Of a DNA stretch of 60,000 nt, positions 26,465 to 39,442 are shown in pieces (the stretch's first letter is position 1; each line of letters starts with the position of its first letter). The DNA is from Malacoraja senta (taxonomy: Eukaryota). The translations under genes were made by a program, and so were the position numbers. The stretch spans positions 6,636,001 to 6,696,000 of the forward strand of contig CM075991.1 of the NCBI GenBank assembly GCA_038087875.1, read 5' to 3'. Under the pieces are notes generated by a model. The model made no database searches. It saw only the letters and a program-made list of their open reading frames with translations, and was not told the origin of the DNA.

Positions 26465-26500
26465 TCACAAAAGTTCTTTTTCTTTTTCTTCATCTACAAC
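26465..26500 (-). CDS. NFU1: NFU1 last coding exon (VVDEEKEKELL*)
   Basis: Acceptor TTTTTAACAG|GTT GTA GAT GAA...TGA. Phase 0 matches the preceding exon, and the acidic tail resembles vertebrate NFU1. Confidence 0.8.
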   Translation of the reverse strand, partial: VVDEEKEKELL

Positions 26501-27108
26501 CTGTTAAAAAAATGATCAATAATCAAACACATTGCTCCTTTTTCCCCCCAATTACATTTATCGTGCCCACTGAGTGAGACTTAACACTGATCAGAGTGAA
26601 GGCCAAAAGGTCTGGAATTAGGAAAATGCAATTATATTAAGATTTCACTCCATCCACAAACATAAATATTCTATTCTTCCACTGCCACTGAGGTGACTGC
26701 AGTGCTCATCTTCTGCAGTTATTCATAAACAGCATCTCCCTACTTTGCAATCTCCATCATCTAGTGGGGCAGTAGACACTCGAGAACCATTCACTTGCAA
26801 ATTCCCTTCTAAGTGAATAAGCATTCCAACTGAAAAAATATCTCTCCATTCCTTCATCATCCTTGGGTCTAAATCCTGGAACTGCCATCCATAAACACTG
26901 TGGCAATGCTGCAGTTGTTCAAGGTGGCAGCTGGCCAAAACCACCTTGGGCACAGGTATTAAATCTGACCTATAATTGATAAACAAAGCAGCACTATTTC
27001 CACCACGCATATATGAGCTTACATGCCTCTCTCAGGGTGGAAGAGTTTCGTTTTGAGATACGGCACCTTGAGTCCACGCTGACTATTTATCACCTGTTCA
27101 CACTAGTT

Positions 27109-27331
27109 CTTTGTTTAAGAAAGAACTGTAGATGCTGGAAAAATCGAAGGTGGACAAAAAATGCTGGAGAAACTCAGCGGGTGAGGCAGCATCTATGGAG
27201 AAAAGGAATTGGGGACGTTTCGGGTCGAGACCCTTCTTCAGACTGAAGGGTCTCAACCCGAAAGTCACCAATTCCTTCTCTCCATTGATGCTGCCTCACC
27301 CGCTGAGTTTCTCCAGCATTTTTTGTCTACC
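27109..27331. repeat. Palindromic hammerhead-motif repeat nested in a minus-strand V-SINE (~27045-27600)
   Basis: The minus strand at 27214-27241 reads CTGAAGA-A-GGGTCTCGACCC-GAAA-CGTC. The TSD CACACTAGTT is at 27099-27108 and 27332-27341. Confidence 0.8.
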
Positions 27332-29792
27332 CACACTAGTTTTATGTTATCCCACATTTTATATCCACTCGCGACACATTGACGTTATCCAACTTTCTCA
27401 TTCACTTCCTACACACTAGAGGCAATTTACAGAGGTCAGTTAACATGCAAACCCCCACATCTTTGGAAAGTGGGAGAAAACTGGAGTTCTATGTGGTCGC
27501 ACGGTGAACATGCAAACTCCACACAGACAGTATTCGAGGTCAGGATCGAACCTGGGTTTCTGCCGCTGTAAGGCAGCAGCTCTACCGCTGAGCCACTGTG
27601 CTGCCGCTGCAGTTGTAGCTGCAGCTTGCAGTTCTGATAGAAGGTAATTTAACCTGAAACAAAATGTTTTCCAAAATAGGAGAATTAGCCTCTGTAAACT
27701 GTGCCAAGTGTGTAAGAAGTGGGCTTACATAGTGAAGAGGTGTTCGAAGGTCTGAGTGGATTCTGTGAGCCGAACGACCCGTTTATATGTTGTATCTCTA
27801 AATTAAACTAAACCATAGTCACTACAGTAACAGTAAAATATGGCCAAATATTTGCACAGACTGGGGTCTCAGAAACAGCTATGAAACATTTGATAGTACC
27901 AAATGAAAGAAACTGTGTTAAGGCCTGTTATACCTCAGCACCTAAGGTAATGGCATTTAAAGCTATATGTACATTCACTTGAATTACTACAATATAATGT
28001 TTTATTTAAATAATAGTACCTCCAGCAATGCAGCAATCCCTCAATAATTCAAAGCACCATTTTTGTGCTCCGATTTCTAGTGTAGGGCAACCACATGTCT
28101 CCGATGAGAATGCTACCTACTGTGTCACTCTAGGATGAAACTCCTGCTACTGCGACAATGGCTACATTAAAATATTGTGAACCAAGTCCCACGTTCCAAT
28201 TATCAGGTCTAAATTCATGCCCGAGATACAACAGTAGTTCAGCAACACAGTCCATCTCAACACGTCAATTTACAAATCATTTGTGCGTTGCAAGTTTGGC
28301 ATCTGAAGAAAATTTTGAGAAGTCATGAGTGTGAATTTCTCTTAACACGTAAAGCATCCATCAGATGTAAAACTTTTCAAAATTGGAAGGATAATAAGAC
28401 ATACATGTACATTTTGTTTTGCACAAAAAATTCTCCTTTTGGAATTCACTCATGCTATCCACTTCCTTTGGTTCAGAAGAGTGAAGGAGCCGAGCGTTTA
28501 GCTTGGAGAGTCAAATTGTTGATTAGTTAGACAAAAGACAATAGGTGCAGGAGTAGGCCATTCGGCCCTTCGAGCCAGCACCACCATACAATGTGATCAT
28601 GGCTGATCATCCACAGTCAGTACCCCGTTCCTGCCTTCACCCCATATCCCCTGACTCTGCAATTTTTAAGAGCCCTATCTAGCTCTCTCTTGAAAACATC
28701 CAGAGAACCTACCTCCACCACCCTCTGAGTGTCCAAGCCCTTAACAATATTATATGTTTCAATGAGATCCCCTCTTCTTGTCTTGCTTCTTGTCCTTTGA
28801 TTGCTTTGATCTCTTACCAAAGTATGTGTCTCTCAAAGTAAGAGTAACATTGACTCAGTAGGTTGATTCTGAGGATACTGCAATTATCCATGTAGATTAG
28901 AGCTAGATCTTTAAAATTTAGAAAACCAAGAGATGATCAAATTTAATCTTGCAGGGGCTTGAAAGGCTGATGCCAAGAAAGTGTCTCTCCTGTCTGGAAC
29001 GACTTAAATCAGGAGACTACAATCCCAAATTCAGCCATTGAGGACTGAGATTAGACAAGGAAGCTTTGGAATCCTTAGTCCAGAAGTCCTGGGATCTCAG
29101 TCAGAGTATATTGAAGACCGAGACTGATATTCGCAACGGAGAGAGCAGAAGATTGCTGAGTAGTATTGCATTGTGGAGTTGTGGTAGAAAATCAGATGTG
29201 AAGTTTCCAAACGGTAGAGCAGCTTCAAGTATCCCCGACCACTCAACTTATTCATATATTTAGGTTAGAGTCATACAGCACGAGAATACAGGCCCTTCAG
29301 CACAACTTGTCCACACCGACCAACATGTTCCATCTAGACTAGTCCCACCTGCCTGAATTTGTCCCATACCACTCTAAACCTATCCTATCCATGTACCTGT
29401 CTAAATGTTTCTTAAACGTTGCGATAATACCTGTCTCAACTATTTCCTCTGGCAGCTCGTTCCATACACCCACCACCCTGAGTGTAAAATAGTTACCTCT
29501 CAGCTTCCTGTTAACTCTTTAACACATCACCTTAAACCTATGTCCTCTGGCTCTCGATTACCCTAATCTGGGCAAGAGACACTGGGTTTACAGTCTGAAG
29601 AAGGGTCTCGACCCAAAACATCACCCTTTCCTTCTCTCCAGAGATGCTGCCTGTCCCGCTGAGTTACTCCAGCTATTTGTGTCTAACTGCATTTACCCGA
29701 TCTATTCTTCTCTTGATTTTGTACATCTGTTGTATCCTTAAAATAACCTGATGTACAGAATAATCAGAATCACGCCATTGCTACACATTTAC

Positions 29793-29967
29793 CTGCACAA
29801 CACCTTCCACCTCTGGGACATAGAACTGCAGCATGTTCTGAATTCCACCCTTCAATGTCACGATGGAGCTGGGACAACTTGTGCAGGAACCCTGCAACAT
29901 CAACTTCACGATACCATCTTCAAACCCTTTGTAAATCACATCACCCCCGTCCTCTTGAACAGTGGGC
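29793..29967 (-). CDS. NFU1: NFU1 exon, NifU-C domain with CxxC ([58 protein letters not shown])
   Basis: Near-identity to vertebrate NFU1, AG/GT boundaries, 175 bp. Confidence 0.97.
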
Positions 29968-30369
29968 CTGGCAGTTATATGGATGAGAAATATAAACAGT
30001 TAATACACTTCAGTCACTTTATAACCACTACTTCTAGTGAGTCTTCCATTAAAATGAACCAAACTATTTTCCAAATCTTTTCAATAATTGATTTTAAAAC
30101 AAGCGTCAGCTGAATATAAAACACCAGTGGTCTGTCTAGAGTCCAGAACCTTGGAGTTTGAAGTGCTAATCCATGGACCCTTTGGATAGTTCATTCTCTG
30201 ATCAGTGAGAATGGAACCGAGTCCATGGTTGTCATCTAGTGTTTGCTGGTTTCTTGATAGCACAGCACAGAGAGATCACAAATAAACATAGACCCAGTGC
30301 AAAGTACTTACAGAATGGAAAGAGGTCATTCAGCACCACTGGTACATGTTCACAAATTTATCAGGTTTT

Positions 30370-30950
30370 GGGAGCAGAATTAGGCCATTTGGCCCATCAA
30401 GTCTACTCTGCCATTCAATCATGGCTGATCAATCTTTCCCTCTCAACCTAATTCTCCTACCTTCTCCCCATAACTCCTGACATTCTTACTAATGAAGAAT
30501 CTATCAATCTGCACCTTACAAATATCAATTGACAGCCTCCACAGCCTTCTGTGGCAATGAATTCCATAGATTCACCATCCTCTGACTAAAGAAATTCCTC
30601 CTCATCTCCTTTCAAAAGGTATGTTCTTTTATTCTAAGGCCAGGATTCTCCCACGTGGAAACATCCTCACCACATCGACTCTATCCAGGCCTTTCATTCT
30701 TCCGTAACTTTCAAAGCGGTCCCCCCTCATCCATCTAAACTCCAGTGAGGACAGGCCCAATGCCGTCAAATACGCATCATATGTTAACCCAATCGTGCCT
30801 GGGATAATTCCCGTTAACCTCCTCTGGACCCTCTCCAATGCCAGCACATCCTTCCTCAGATAGGGGGCCCAAAACTGCTCACGATACTCCAAATACAGTC
30901 TGACCAGCGCCCGATAAACCCGCAGCATTACATCCTTTTTTATATTCTAG
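30370..30950 (-). mobile_element. CR1-clade LINE 3' fragment
   Basis: ORF 30629-30928 (LVRLYLEY..QFWAPYLRKDVLALERVQRR) plus the CR1 tail. Confidence 0.85.
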
Positions 30951-33484
30951 TCTCTCGAGAGAAATGGCAGTAGTTGGTGTTGGTGTTTATGCTCCACAAA
31001 AAAAGTTGGCAACCCGTCATCAATACATCCTGTTTTCCTCAGATGTATTCTTCTCAAACACACCTTTGCTTTTGAACTTGTGGCACCTTCTTCCATATTC
31101 TCATAAATGGACACAAAGTGCTGGAGTAACTCAGCAGGTCAGGTAGCATCTCTGGAGAACATGGATAGGCGACGTTTCGGGTCGGGACCCTTCCAGTAGA
31201 GTCTCGACCTGAAACATCACCTATGTCTATGTTCTCCAGAGATGCTGCCTGATTTGCTGAGTTACTCCAGCACTTTGTGTGTCCTTATGTGTATTAACCA
31301 GCATCTGCAGTTCTTCGTTTCTACATTCTTCCATATTCTCACCACTTTCTCAGTAAAGAAGATTCACCAGAATTCCACATTTTGTTTATTTGATCTTAAT
31401 ATAATTTTGGCTCCGAGCTCTGGTCTCCACATGCAAGTGTAAAGAAACATCTGCCACAGGTCTACTGTATCAAACCCTTCACATATTTTTAGGCCTTTAT
31501 TCAAAGCACCCTCAAGGGTGTCTGACCCCCAAGATATCAGATGTTCACTTCCTGTTCCATTCATGATGCAAATGGTCTAACTCTTTCCAAAGGAAGTTGA
31601 TATGCCTAGCATTGCAGTGAGAGTTTCCCTAGAATGGTGCTGGGATATCAGACTTCCTCTATTGATATTGCTATGTGATAATCAAACAGATGGGGAATTT
31701 ATAACTGACCTCATGCTTGCCTAATACCCAGCAACAGCAAACAAACCACACCAATTAAGAACAAATACAGGTACATACTACAAATTCATAAAACAAACAG
31801 ATATATTTACAACTAAAGAACACGTCATTAGTTTAAACATGCTGGGAGATCCTGTTCTATTGACAGCTCTCAGTGATCAATTTAGTTACATTAAAATCCT
31901 GAGAAGCAAAGGTTTCTCAGACAAATATGAAATAAGAGACGTACCAGGATATAAATCCCCGGTTTGCATGTTAATTACATCTTGGTGCATTTGCTTGATT
32001 GATGCAACAACAAAGGTCTTTGAAAACCTAAGTAATTATCTACAGACAATTAATTGGCCTTCATAATCCTTATCCTAACTCGGTGACATGACACTATGGG
32101 CCACTTCTTGCACAGCCATGCACTTGTTTTCCAATTGTGTTTTGCACTAATGTCTTGTTTACAAAATCTTTCTTCTCACTGCCTTGCATAATTTATATGT
32201 AATTTATGTGTACTGCTTGTATCCCTTAGGTTGAAGATTGACCCAAAATGGTGGAGTAACAGCGGGTCAGGAGGCATCTCTGGAGAAAAGGAGCAGGTGA
32301 TGTTTCGTTCAAGAAGGAACTGCAGATGCTGGAAAATCGAAGGTAGACACAAATGCTGGAGAAACTCAGCGGGTGAGGCAGCATCTATGGAGCGAAGGAA
32401 ATAGGCAACGTTTCGAGCCGAAACCCTTCTTCAGAAACCTGTCTGGTGACGTTGATTAAGAAAGCTATGGGTTCTTTAGCATCCAAATTAGCAAGCAAGC
32501 TTAACATCGCATTTGAATGGGAGCATGTCAAACTGTAACTCCTTCAGAGTTGCACTAATCTAAGATCTCAGACTTCATTTAGGTGCACAAGTTTCTCATG
32601 CGTCTCTGGAGGAATATAATCAGACCATCTCATCTTTCCAATATCAAAGAAAAGCTTTTGAAAAGCAGAGGCAGTAAAGAGAATCCCGCCATTGCATCTT
32701 GACCAGGAAGACACATCTCAGAATGGTCACAGAATGATCTTTAGGTCAAAAACACTTTTGCAGAGGTGCTTTTTGAAACAAAATTCTCGATATGTAAGAT
32801 GATTGTTGACCAATTCACCTATTGCAGTATGAACTATTTCCATGGGAGGTGACCACTAAAATAGGGTGTAGACACAAATGCTGGAGAAACTCAGCGAGTG
32901 AGGCAGCATCTATGGAGCGAAGGAATAGGTGATGTTTCGGGTCGAGACCCCTCTTCAGACTGATGTGGGGGAGGGGGGGGGGAGAAGAAAGGAAGGCAAA
33001 ATAGGGTGATTCACATCCTACCGAAAGAAAAAAAAAATTGATTTTCATACGAGAGAAAAGGCCACTATTCAGTGGCTAAGACCATGTCCAGTACTTAGTT
33101 TAGAGATGCAGAATGGAAACAGGCTCTTCGGCCCACTGAATTCGTGCTGGCCAATGATCGATCATCCACAAACTAGTTCTGTGTTATCCCAGTTTCGCAT
33201 GCTACACGCTAGGAGCAATTTACAGAAGCCAATTAATGTTTTTTTTAAATGCACGTCTTTGGAATGTGGGAGGAAACAGGAGCACCGGTAGAAAAGGCAC
33301 AGGGAGAACGTACAAACTCCACACATACGGCACCCGGAGTCAGGATCAAACCCAGGCCCAGTCCCTACTCTACTGTTGCGCCACCGTGCGACCCACTTGA
33401 CAGCCCTTGATATCGGAAACAGGTAAATACAGGGTGATTAACATGTACATTAATACAGAATGGCAGAATTCTACCGGTACTCAC

Positions 33485-33548
33485 CGAATTCTGGTGTCCA
33501 GCAGCTCTTTAATTATGGCGACAACTTCATCATCATCCTCTGAAGGAG
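33485..33548 (-). CDS. NFU1: NFU1 exon (APSEDDDEVVAIIKELLDTRIR)
   Basis: TTTAG|CT CCT...ATT CG|GTGAGT. 64 bp, with phases 1 and 2 fitting the neighbouring exons. Confidence 0.96.
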
Positions 33549-34049
33549 CTAAACCACAAGGAAAATCACAAGTGTTCATACATTTTGAGCAACATATTTT
33601 AAATAATATTTAGCGTGGTCAATTGCATATTTTAAATGTGATATGAGAGGGTATGCAGCTGAGTTCCTGAGTCGGAGCCAATTCGACTGGTAAGTGCCCT
33701 GTTCCATAATGCCTAGGACATCATGTTTATCTTGATCATATTAGTCACAGGTATTAACTCTCAGACTCAGAATCCAAGGTGGATCATGCGTTACTGAAAC
33801 CAGAGATTACCAGCTTTTACTTCAAACTGCAAGACCACCTCCTCGCCCAGTCTCCTTCCAACACTTTGATTGTGCTGATTTATCGCACGTGCCGTGGGGG
33901 CAAGCGAGAGATCCAAATTGTCCATTGTTCTCCCCCCCCCCCACCCCTCACCCTTATTGTCCACTGTTCTTCTCCCTCCCTCCCGGCGGTCCCTTGATAC
34001 GTCTTGCTGCCTGGGTGATGCTTCCTAGTAGATCGACACATGCACCCAC

Positions 34050-34164
34050 CTGTATCGGAAGAGGGAGCTTCATCTGTCACCACAGGAAGGCCTGATGCAA
34101 AGAAATCCATGATGGTGGCGTACACATCTGGTTTGAGGAGCTTCCACTGCACCTCAGCATCTGT
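34050..34164 (-). CDS. NFU1: NFU1 exon (TDAEVQWKLLKPDVYATIMDFFASGLPVVTDEAPSSDT)
   Basis: CTCCAG|ACA...ACA G|GTGGGT, 115 bp. Confidence 0.96.
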
Positions 34165-35579
34165 CTGGAGATGTACAGAATAGAATCTTGGAGAGAATGT
34201 GGTGGCTCTGCCCCCATCACTGGCTCTTTGTCCCTTTCTCCCGCCTTGAATCATTAACTGATTGAAAGGTACTGCATGGAAGCAAGCCCTTCGGCCCACC
34301 ATTTTGTCAAAAACAATTGCAGGATACTATTTCCCAAACACTGACAGGAATCCCAAGCAATTAGCCACAGTTCAACTGCAATTATTCCTTAACCATAAAG
34401 ACAAAGAGCCACAAAAATGTTTCTACCACCCTTCATACCCCTGAGCCGTTCTAAAAAAAACCTTGGAGGCAATCAAGTTCTTTTGAAAAGAAACTAACGT
34501 CAAAATTTAGGAAATATGGCACAATGTGGCATGTTCCCAGATAGCAGTGCATGACTAACCAGTCATTCTGATTAAGCAATGTTGATTGTTCATTATTTCT
34601 TTGGTTTTAGAATAGTGTCATTTGCAACCTTGGTTTAGTTTGATTTAGTTTAAAGATACTGTATGGAAGCAGGTCCTTTTCCCCACCGAGTACAGGCCAA
34701 CCATCGATCACCCATTCACACTAGTTCTACGTTATCCCACTTTCTCATCCACTCCCTACACACTGGGGGCATTTGACAGACGCTGATTAACCCAGAAACC
34801 TGCACATCTTTGGGATGTGGGTGGAAACCGGAGCACGGGGAGGAAGCCCACGTACTTACAAGGTGAACATGCAAACTCACAGAGAGCATCTGAGGCCAGG
34901 GTCGAACTCAGGTCTCTGGTGCTGTGAGGCAGCTGCTCTAAAAGCTGCCCCACTGTGCCACCCTAGTGATTGGTGACTTCACTAATCAGATACCCATGTA
35001 TGGAGACCTGATAGTGTTTACCCAATCCTTTTTTCAACAAATATACTGTTGGATATGCTTCCCACTGACCCTTTCCTGCGTTCTAAACTGTAACTTGTTT
35101 TCAGTCAAAAACAGCACAGAAGCAGGTCCTTCATCCCACTGAGACTGCACCTATCGTTGTGTACGCATGTACAGAAATCCCACTTTAATCTCCCACAATT
35201 GACTCTCACCAACATACGAGAGGCAATTTACAGCGGCAATTTAATTTACCAACCTGCACGTCTTTGGGATGTGGGTGTGAATCATAGCGCCAGAGGAAAC
35301 CCACACAGTCACAGAGAGAACGTGCAAACTCTACACAAACAGCACTGGAGATCTGGATTGAACCCGCATTGCTGGAGGTGTGAGGCAGCACTTTTCCATC
35401 TGTGTTACCGTGGCTGCCCATGCCTGCCCCTATTGTCAATTTTGATCCTTTATTTCTTATTGTCCATTGGAAAATTTACCTTTTGTAATCGCTCAACACA
35501 CCCGAGGGTTTTTCATCAAATTTCCTCGGGCTTTTCTGTTCTTACAACACTGGAAGGAAACAGCACACGTTGTTCTTAC

Positions 35580-35646
35580 CTTAGTGATGGTGATGAAGTC
35601 AGGCCCAAAGAAAACGCCCTTCACGCCATCAATTCTGAACAGCTGT
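35580..35646 (-). CDS. NFU1: NFU1 exon ([23 protein letters not shown])
   Basis: TTGTCAG|A CAG CTG...ACT AAG|GTAAGA, 67 bp, part of the Nfu_N domain. Confidence 0.96.
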
Positions 35647-36039
35647 CTGACAAATAAAATGAAAAACCTTCAGTCGAGATGGCAGAATTGCTGCTAGTTA
35701 TTGAACCCATTGGCTTGTGATTTCCTGTAGCCAGCCCTGCCAGAATTCCGCCTACACCATTTCTTCCTCGTCGCTTCCTCATCTTCTCCAGAAACCCCCA
35801 GCCCATTGCAATCACTTTCCGAAAACTACCCCCTTCAGCTTCTTTACCTTTCTCCACACTGAAATGCCTTTGCTCTGCTCTGAAAACAGTTTGTCACCCT
35901 TTTATAGGAAAGATGCAGTTAAGCTGGAAAGGGTGCAGAGAAGATTTATGAGGAAGTTGCCAGGACTCGAGGACCTGAGATAATAGGGAGAGGTAGTTCA
36001 GGCTAGGGCTTAATTCCTTGGAGCGGGGTGATCTTATCA

Positions 36040-37068
36040 GATTCAACTTTATTGTCATTGTGCAGTGTACAGTACAGAGACAACGAAATGCAGTTAGCAT
36101 CTCCCTAGAAGAGCGACATAAATATGAGCAATAAATAAATCTATTTACGTGCATACAGTCATAGTATTTTTTTTTCCTGGTGGGAGGAGTGTCCGGGGGG
36201 GGGGGGGGGTGGGGGGTGATTGGCAGTCACCGAGGTACAGTGTTGAGTAGTGTAACAGCCGCAGGGAAGAAGCTGTTCCTGGACCTGCTGGTCCAACAAC
36301 GGAGAGACCTGTAGTGCCTCCCGATGGTAGGAGGGTAAACAGTCTGTGGTTGGGGTGAGAGCAGTCCTTGGAGATGCTGAGCGCCCTTCGCAGACAACGC
36401 TTGCTTGGGACAGACTCAATGGAGGGGAGTGAGGAACCGGGTGGTGTTGGGCAAGTTTCACCACCCTGTCTGCAGTGCTTTCCGGTCGGAGACAGAGCAG
36501 TTGCCATACCATACTGTGATACAGTTGGTAAGGATGCTCTCGATGGTGCAGCGGTAGAAGTTCACCAGAATCTGTGGAGACAGATGGACCTTCTTTAGTC
36601 TCCTCAGGAAGAAGAGACGCTGGTGAGCCTTCTTGACCAGAGTTGAGGTATTGTGGGTCCAAGAGAGGTCATCGGAGATGTTGACCCCCAGGAACCTGAA
36701 GCTGGAAACACGTTCCACCTCCGTCCCGTTAATGTGGATGCGGGTGTGTGTGCCGCCCCTAGACTTCCTGAAGTGTACAATGAGCTCCTTGGTCTTCTTG
36801 GAGTTAAGGGCCAGGTTGTTGTCAGCGCACCATGCTGCTGGGAGCTGGACCTCCTCCCTATAGGCCGACTCATCGTTGTTGCTGATGAGGCCAATCACCG
36901 TGGTATCATCTGCATACTTGATGATGGTGTTAGTACCATGTACAGGTGTGCAGTCGTAGGTGAAGAGGGAGTAGAGGAGGGAGCTCAGCACACAGCCCTG
37001 TGGAACGCCGGTGTTCAGGGTGAGGGTTGAAGAGGTGTGCTTGTCTAACCTAACAGACTGGGGTCTGT
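36040..37068 (-). mobile_element. Rex1/Babar-clade LINE, 3' part, cut by the gap
   Basis: RPQSVRL..SSTLTLNTGVPQGCVLS.LLYSLFT.DC, KYADDTTVIGLI, FRFLGVNI, KKAHQRLFFLRRL and IESILT. The tail is CATTTCGTTG...ACAATGACAATAAA. Confidence 0.9.
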
Positions 37069-37268
37069 NNNNNNNNNNNNNNNNNNNNNNNNNNNNNNNN
37101 NNNNNNNNNNNNNNNNNNNNNNNNNNNNNNNNNNNNNNNNNNNNNNNNNNNNNNNNNNNNNNNNNNNNNNNNNNNNNNNNNNNNNNNNNNNNNNNNNNNN
37201 NNNNNNNNNNNNNNNNNNNNNNNNNNNNNNNNNNNNNNNNNNNNNNNNNNNNNNNNNNNNNNNNNNNN
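37069..37268. other. Assembly gap (exactly 200 N, true size unknown)
   Basis: Run of N with different truncated retroelements on each side. Confidence 0.99.
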
Positions 37269-37293
37269 GCGTTTCCATCAGACATTAAAGTCT

Positions 37294-39357
37294 ATGTTGC
37301 GTACGTACTGTCTGGAATTTGAGAAGGACTGGGATGATGGCGTTCATCTGGTGATGTTTGCAGTACGAGAGGTCGTGCAGGAATCTTTGGGTTTTAGTTC
37401 TGCTGACTTAGTTTTTGCCCATACAGTACGTGGTCCTTTAAGAGTCCTAAAAGAAAAGTGGTTACAGGAAGAAACTAAACAAAATGTTTTGGATCACGTC
37501 AGTAACTTTAGATTTAGACTGCGGCAGGCATGTGAATTGGCTATGGAAAATCTTGAAACTGCCCAGACAAAAATGGAAGAATGGTTCGATAAGAACGCTA
37601 AGAGCAGAGACTTGTTACCAGGTGACAAAGTTTTGGTATTGTTGCCAATTCCTGGGTCTAGTCTGCAGGCTCGTTATAGCGGCCCTTATCTGGTAGAAAA
37701 GAAAATGGGTGAGAGAGATGACCTAATTGACACTCCTGATCGGAGGCGTAAAAATCAGCTTTGCCATGTAAACATGCTCAAACGATATCACTAGAAAAAG
37801 GCTGTGGGTTTTGAATCGGAGACGCTGTGTCCCACACTATCGTCCAAGCCTGTTTTGACTGCGATGGTGCTGCCCCCTGACACTGGTGCTGAAGTGGGTG
37901 AGGCACATTTGTCTGTGGCTGTGACGCATGGTAAGCTGTCCAATTCTCAGGCGTTGAAAAAACTTCCATTGCGTTTGTCTCACTTGACTGAGAGTCATTG
38001 GAGAGATCTGATTACTTTGGTTGAGTCGAATAAGTCGCTGTTTACTGATGTGCCGTCTCAAACTTCCATTCTAAAACATGACATTGACGTGGCTGATACT
38101 AAGCCAATTAAGCAACACCCATATCGTGTCAATTCAGACAAGCGCCGCCGTATAAAGAGTCAGGTTGACTATATGCTGCAGCATGGCATTGCCGAGCCTA
38201 GCTGTAGTTCATGGAGCTCTCCTTGTCTGTTGGCTGCTAAGGCTAATGGTGACGACCGGTTCTGTACTGACTTTTGTAAGGTTAATAGCGTAACCAAAAC
38301 CGATTGTTTTCCTCTCCCACGTATGGAGGATTGCGTGGATCGTGTCGGTAGTGCCTCTTTTGTCACAAAATTGGACTTATTGAAGGGATATTGGCAAGTC
38401 CCTCTAACTGAGCGTGCGAAAGAAATCTCTGCATTTGTTACATCTGATGATTTCCTTCAATATACTGTCATGGCTTTTGGTATGCGTAACGCGCCGGCAA
38501 CATTTCAATGGTTGGTAAACATAGTGTTGTCTGGTCTGTCTTATTGTGAGGCATACCTTGATGATTTGGTTGTGTGCTCCAGGTCGTGGATCGACCACAT
38601 CGACCACTTGACAGAGGTATTCAAACGACTCGCTCATGCAAACTTGACCATCAATCTTGGAAAGTGTGAATTTGGCCAGGCCACGGTAACGTATCTTGGT
38701 AAAGTGGTGGGCCGGGGTCAGGTTCGCACTCTCCATGCAAAGATAGAGCATATTGTCGCGTTTCCAGCTCCTACCTCTAGGACTGAGCTCCGTCGTTATC
38801 TGGCAATGGTGGGGTACTGTAGAGGGTTCTGTCCAAATTTCTCTGTGGTGGCTGCTCCTTTAATGGATCTGTTAAGTCCGAAAGTCGTATTTGAGTGGTC
38901 CGATGTGTGTCAAACTGTTTTTGAACAAACAAAGAGCCTTCTTGTGTGCGCACCCGTGCTTGCAGCACCTGATTTTGAACAGCCGTTTAAGTTGGCAGTT
39001 GATGCTAGTGAGAGTGGAGTTGGTGGAGTTCTTCTCCAAGATGGTTCTGATGGGGTCGAACATCCAGTTTCATACTTTTCTAACAAGTTTAATCGCCATC
39101 AGAAATGGTACTCTACCATCGAAAAAGTAACTCTTGCAATGTTAATGGCTCTAGATCATTTTGAGGTTTATGTTGGTTCCTCGAATGCTCCCGTCGTCGT
39201 ATACACAGATCACAATCCGCTGGTGTTCTTAAATAGGATGAGAAATAAAAACCGACGGTTAATGAGCTGGAGTTTACAGTTGCAGGGCTACAATCTGGAA
39301 GTCAGGCATATCCGTAGCAGGGATAATGTCTTGGCTGACGCATTGTCGCGCCAGTGA
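37294..39357 (+). pseudogene. pol (integrase C-terminus, RT, RNase H) with one in-frame TAG at 37792-37794
   Basis: WD..VHLVMFA.RE..QESLGFS..L.F, GDKVLV, YSGPY and HVNMLKRY (integrase/GPY-F) are in frame with PIKQHPYR, RFCTDF, LDLLKGYWQV, FGMRNAPATFQ, YLDD, DASESGVGGVL, TDHNPL and NVLADALSR. Confidence 0.9.
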
Positions 39358-39442
39358 TGTCTGAGCTACTAAATAGTTTCTGAAATTTGGTGGTGGTCTT
39401 TATTTTATTTTCAGAAACATATTCAGTAACTTAGGGTGGGGG

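Larger units (their letters stand above)
33098..35410 (-). mobile_element. Three V-SINE (HE1-like) copies in NFU1 introns (~33098-33390, ~34635-34960, ~35110-35410)
   Basis: Reverse-complement V-core (TGTGGGAGGAAAC..GGAGCAC..GCAAACTCCACAC) and tRNA-like heads. Confidence 0.75.

Noticed and set aside
36458..37322. ORFs spanning the N run
   Set aside because: Artefacts of translating across the gap. The two sides are different elements.
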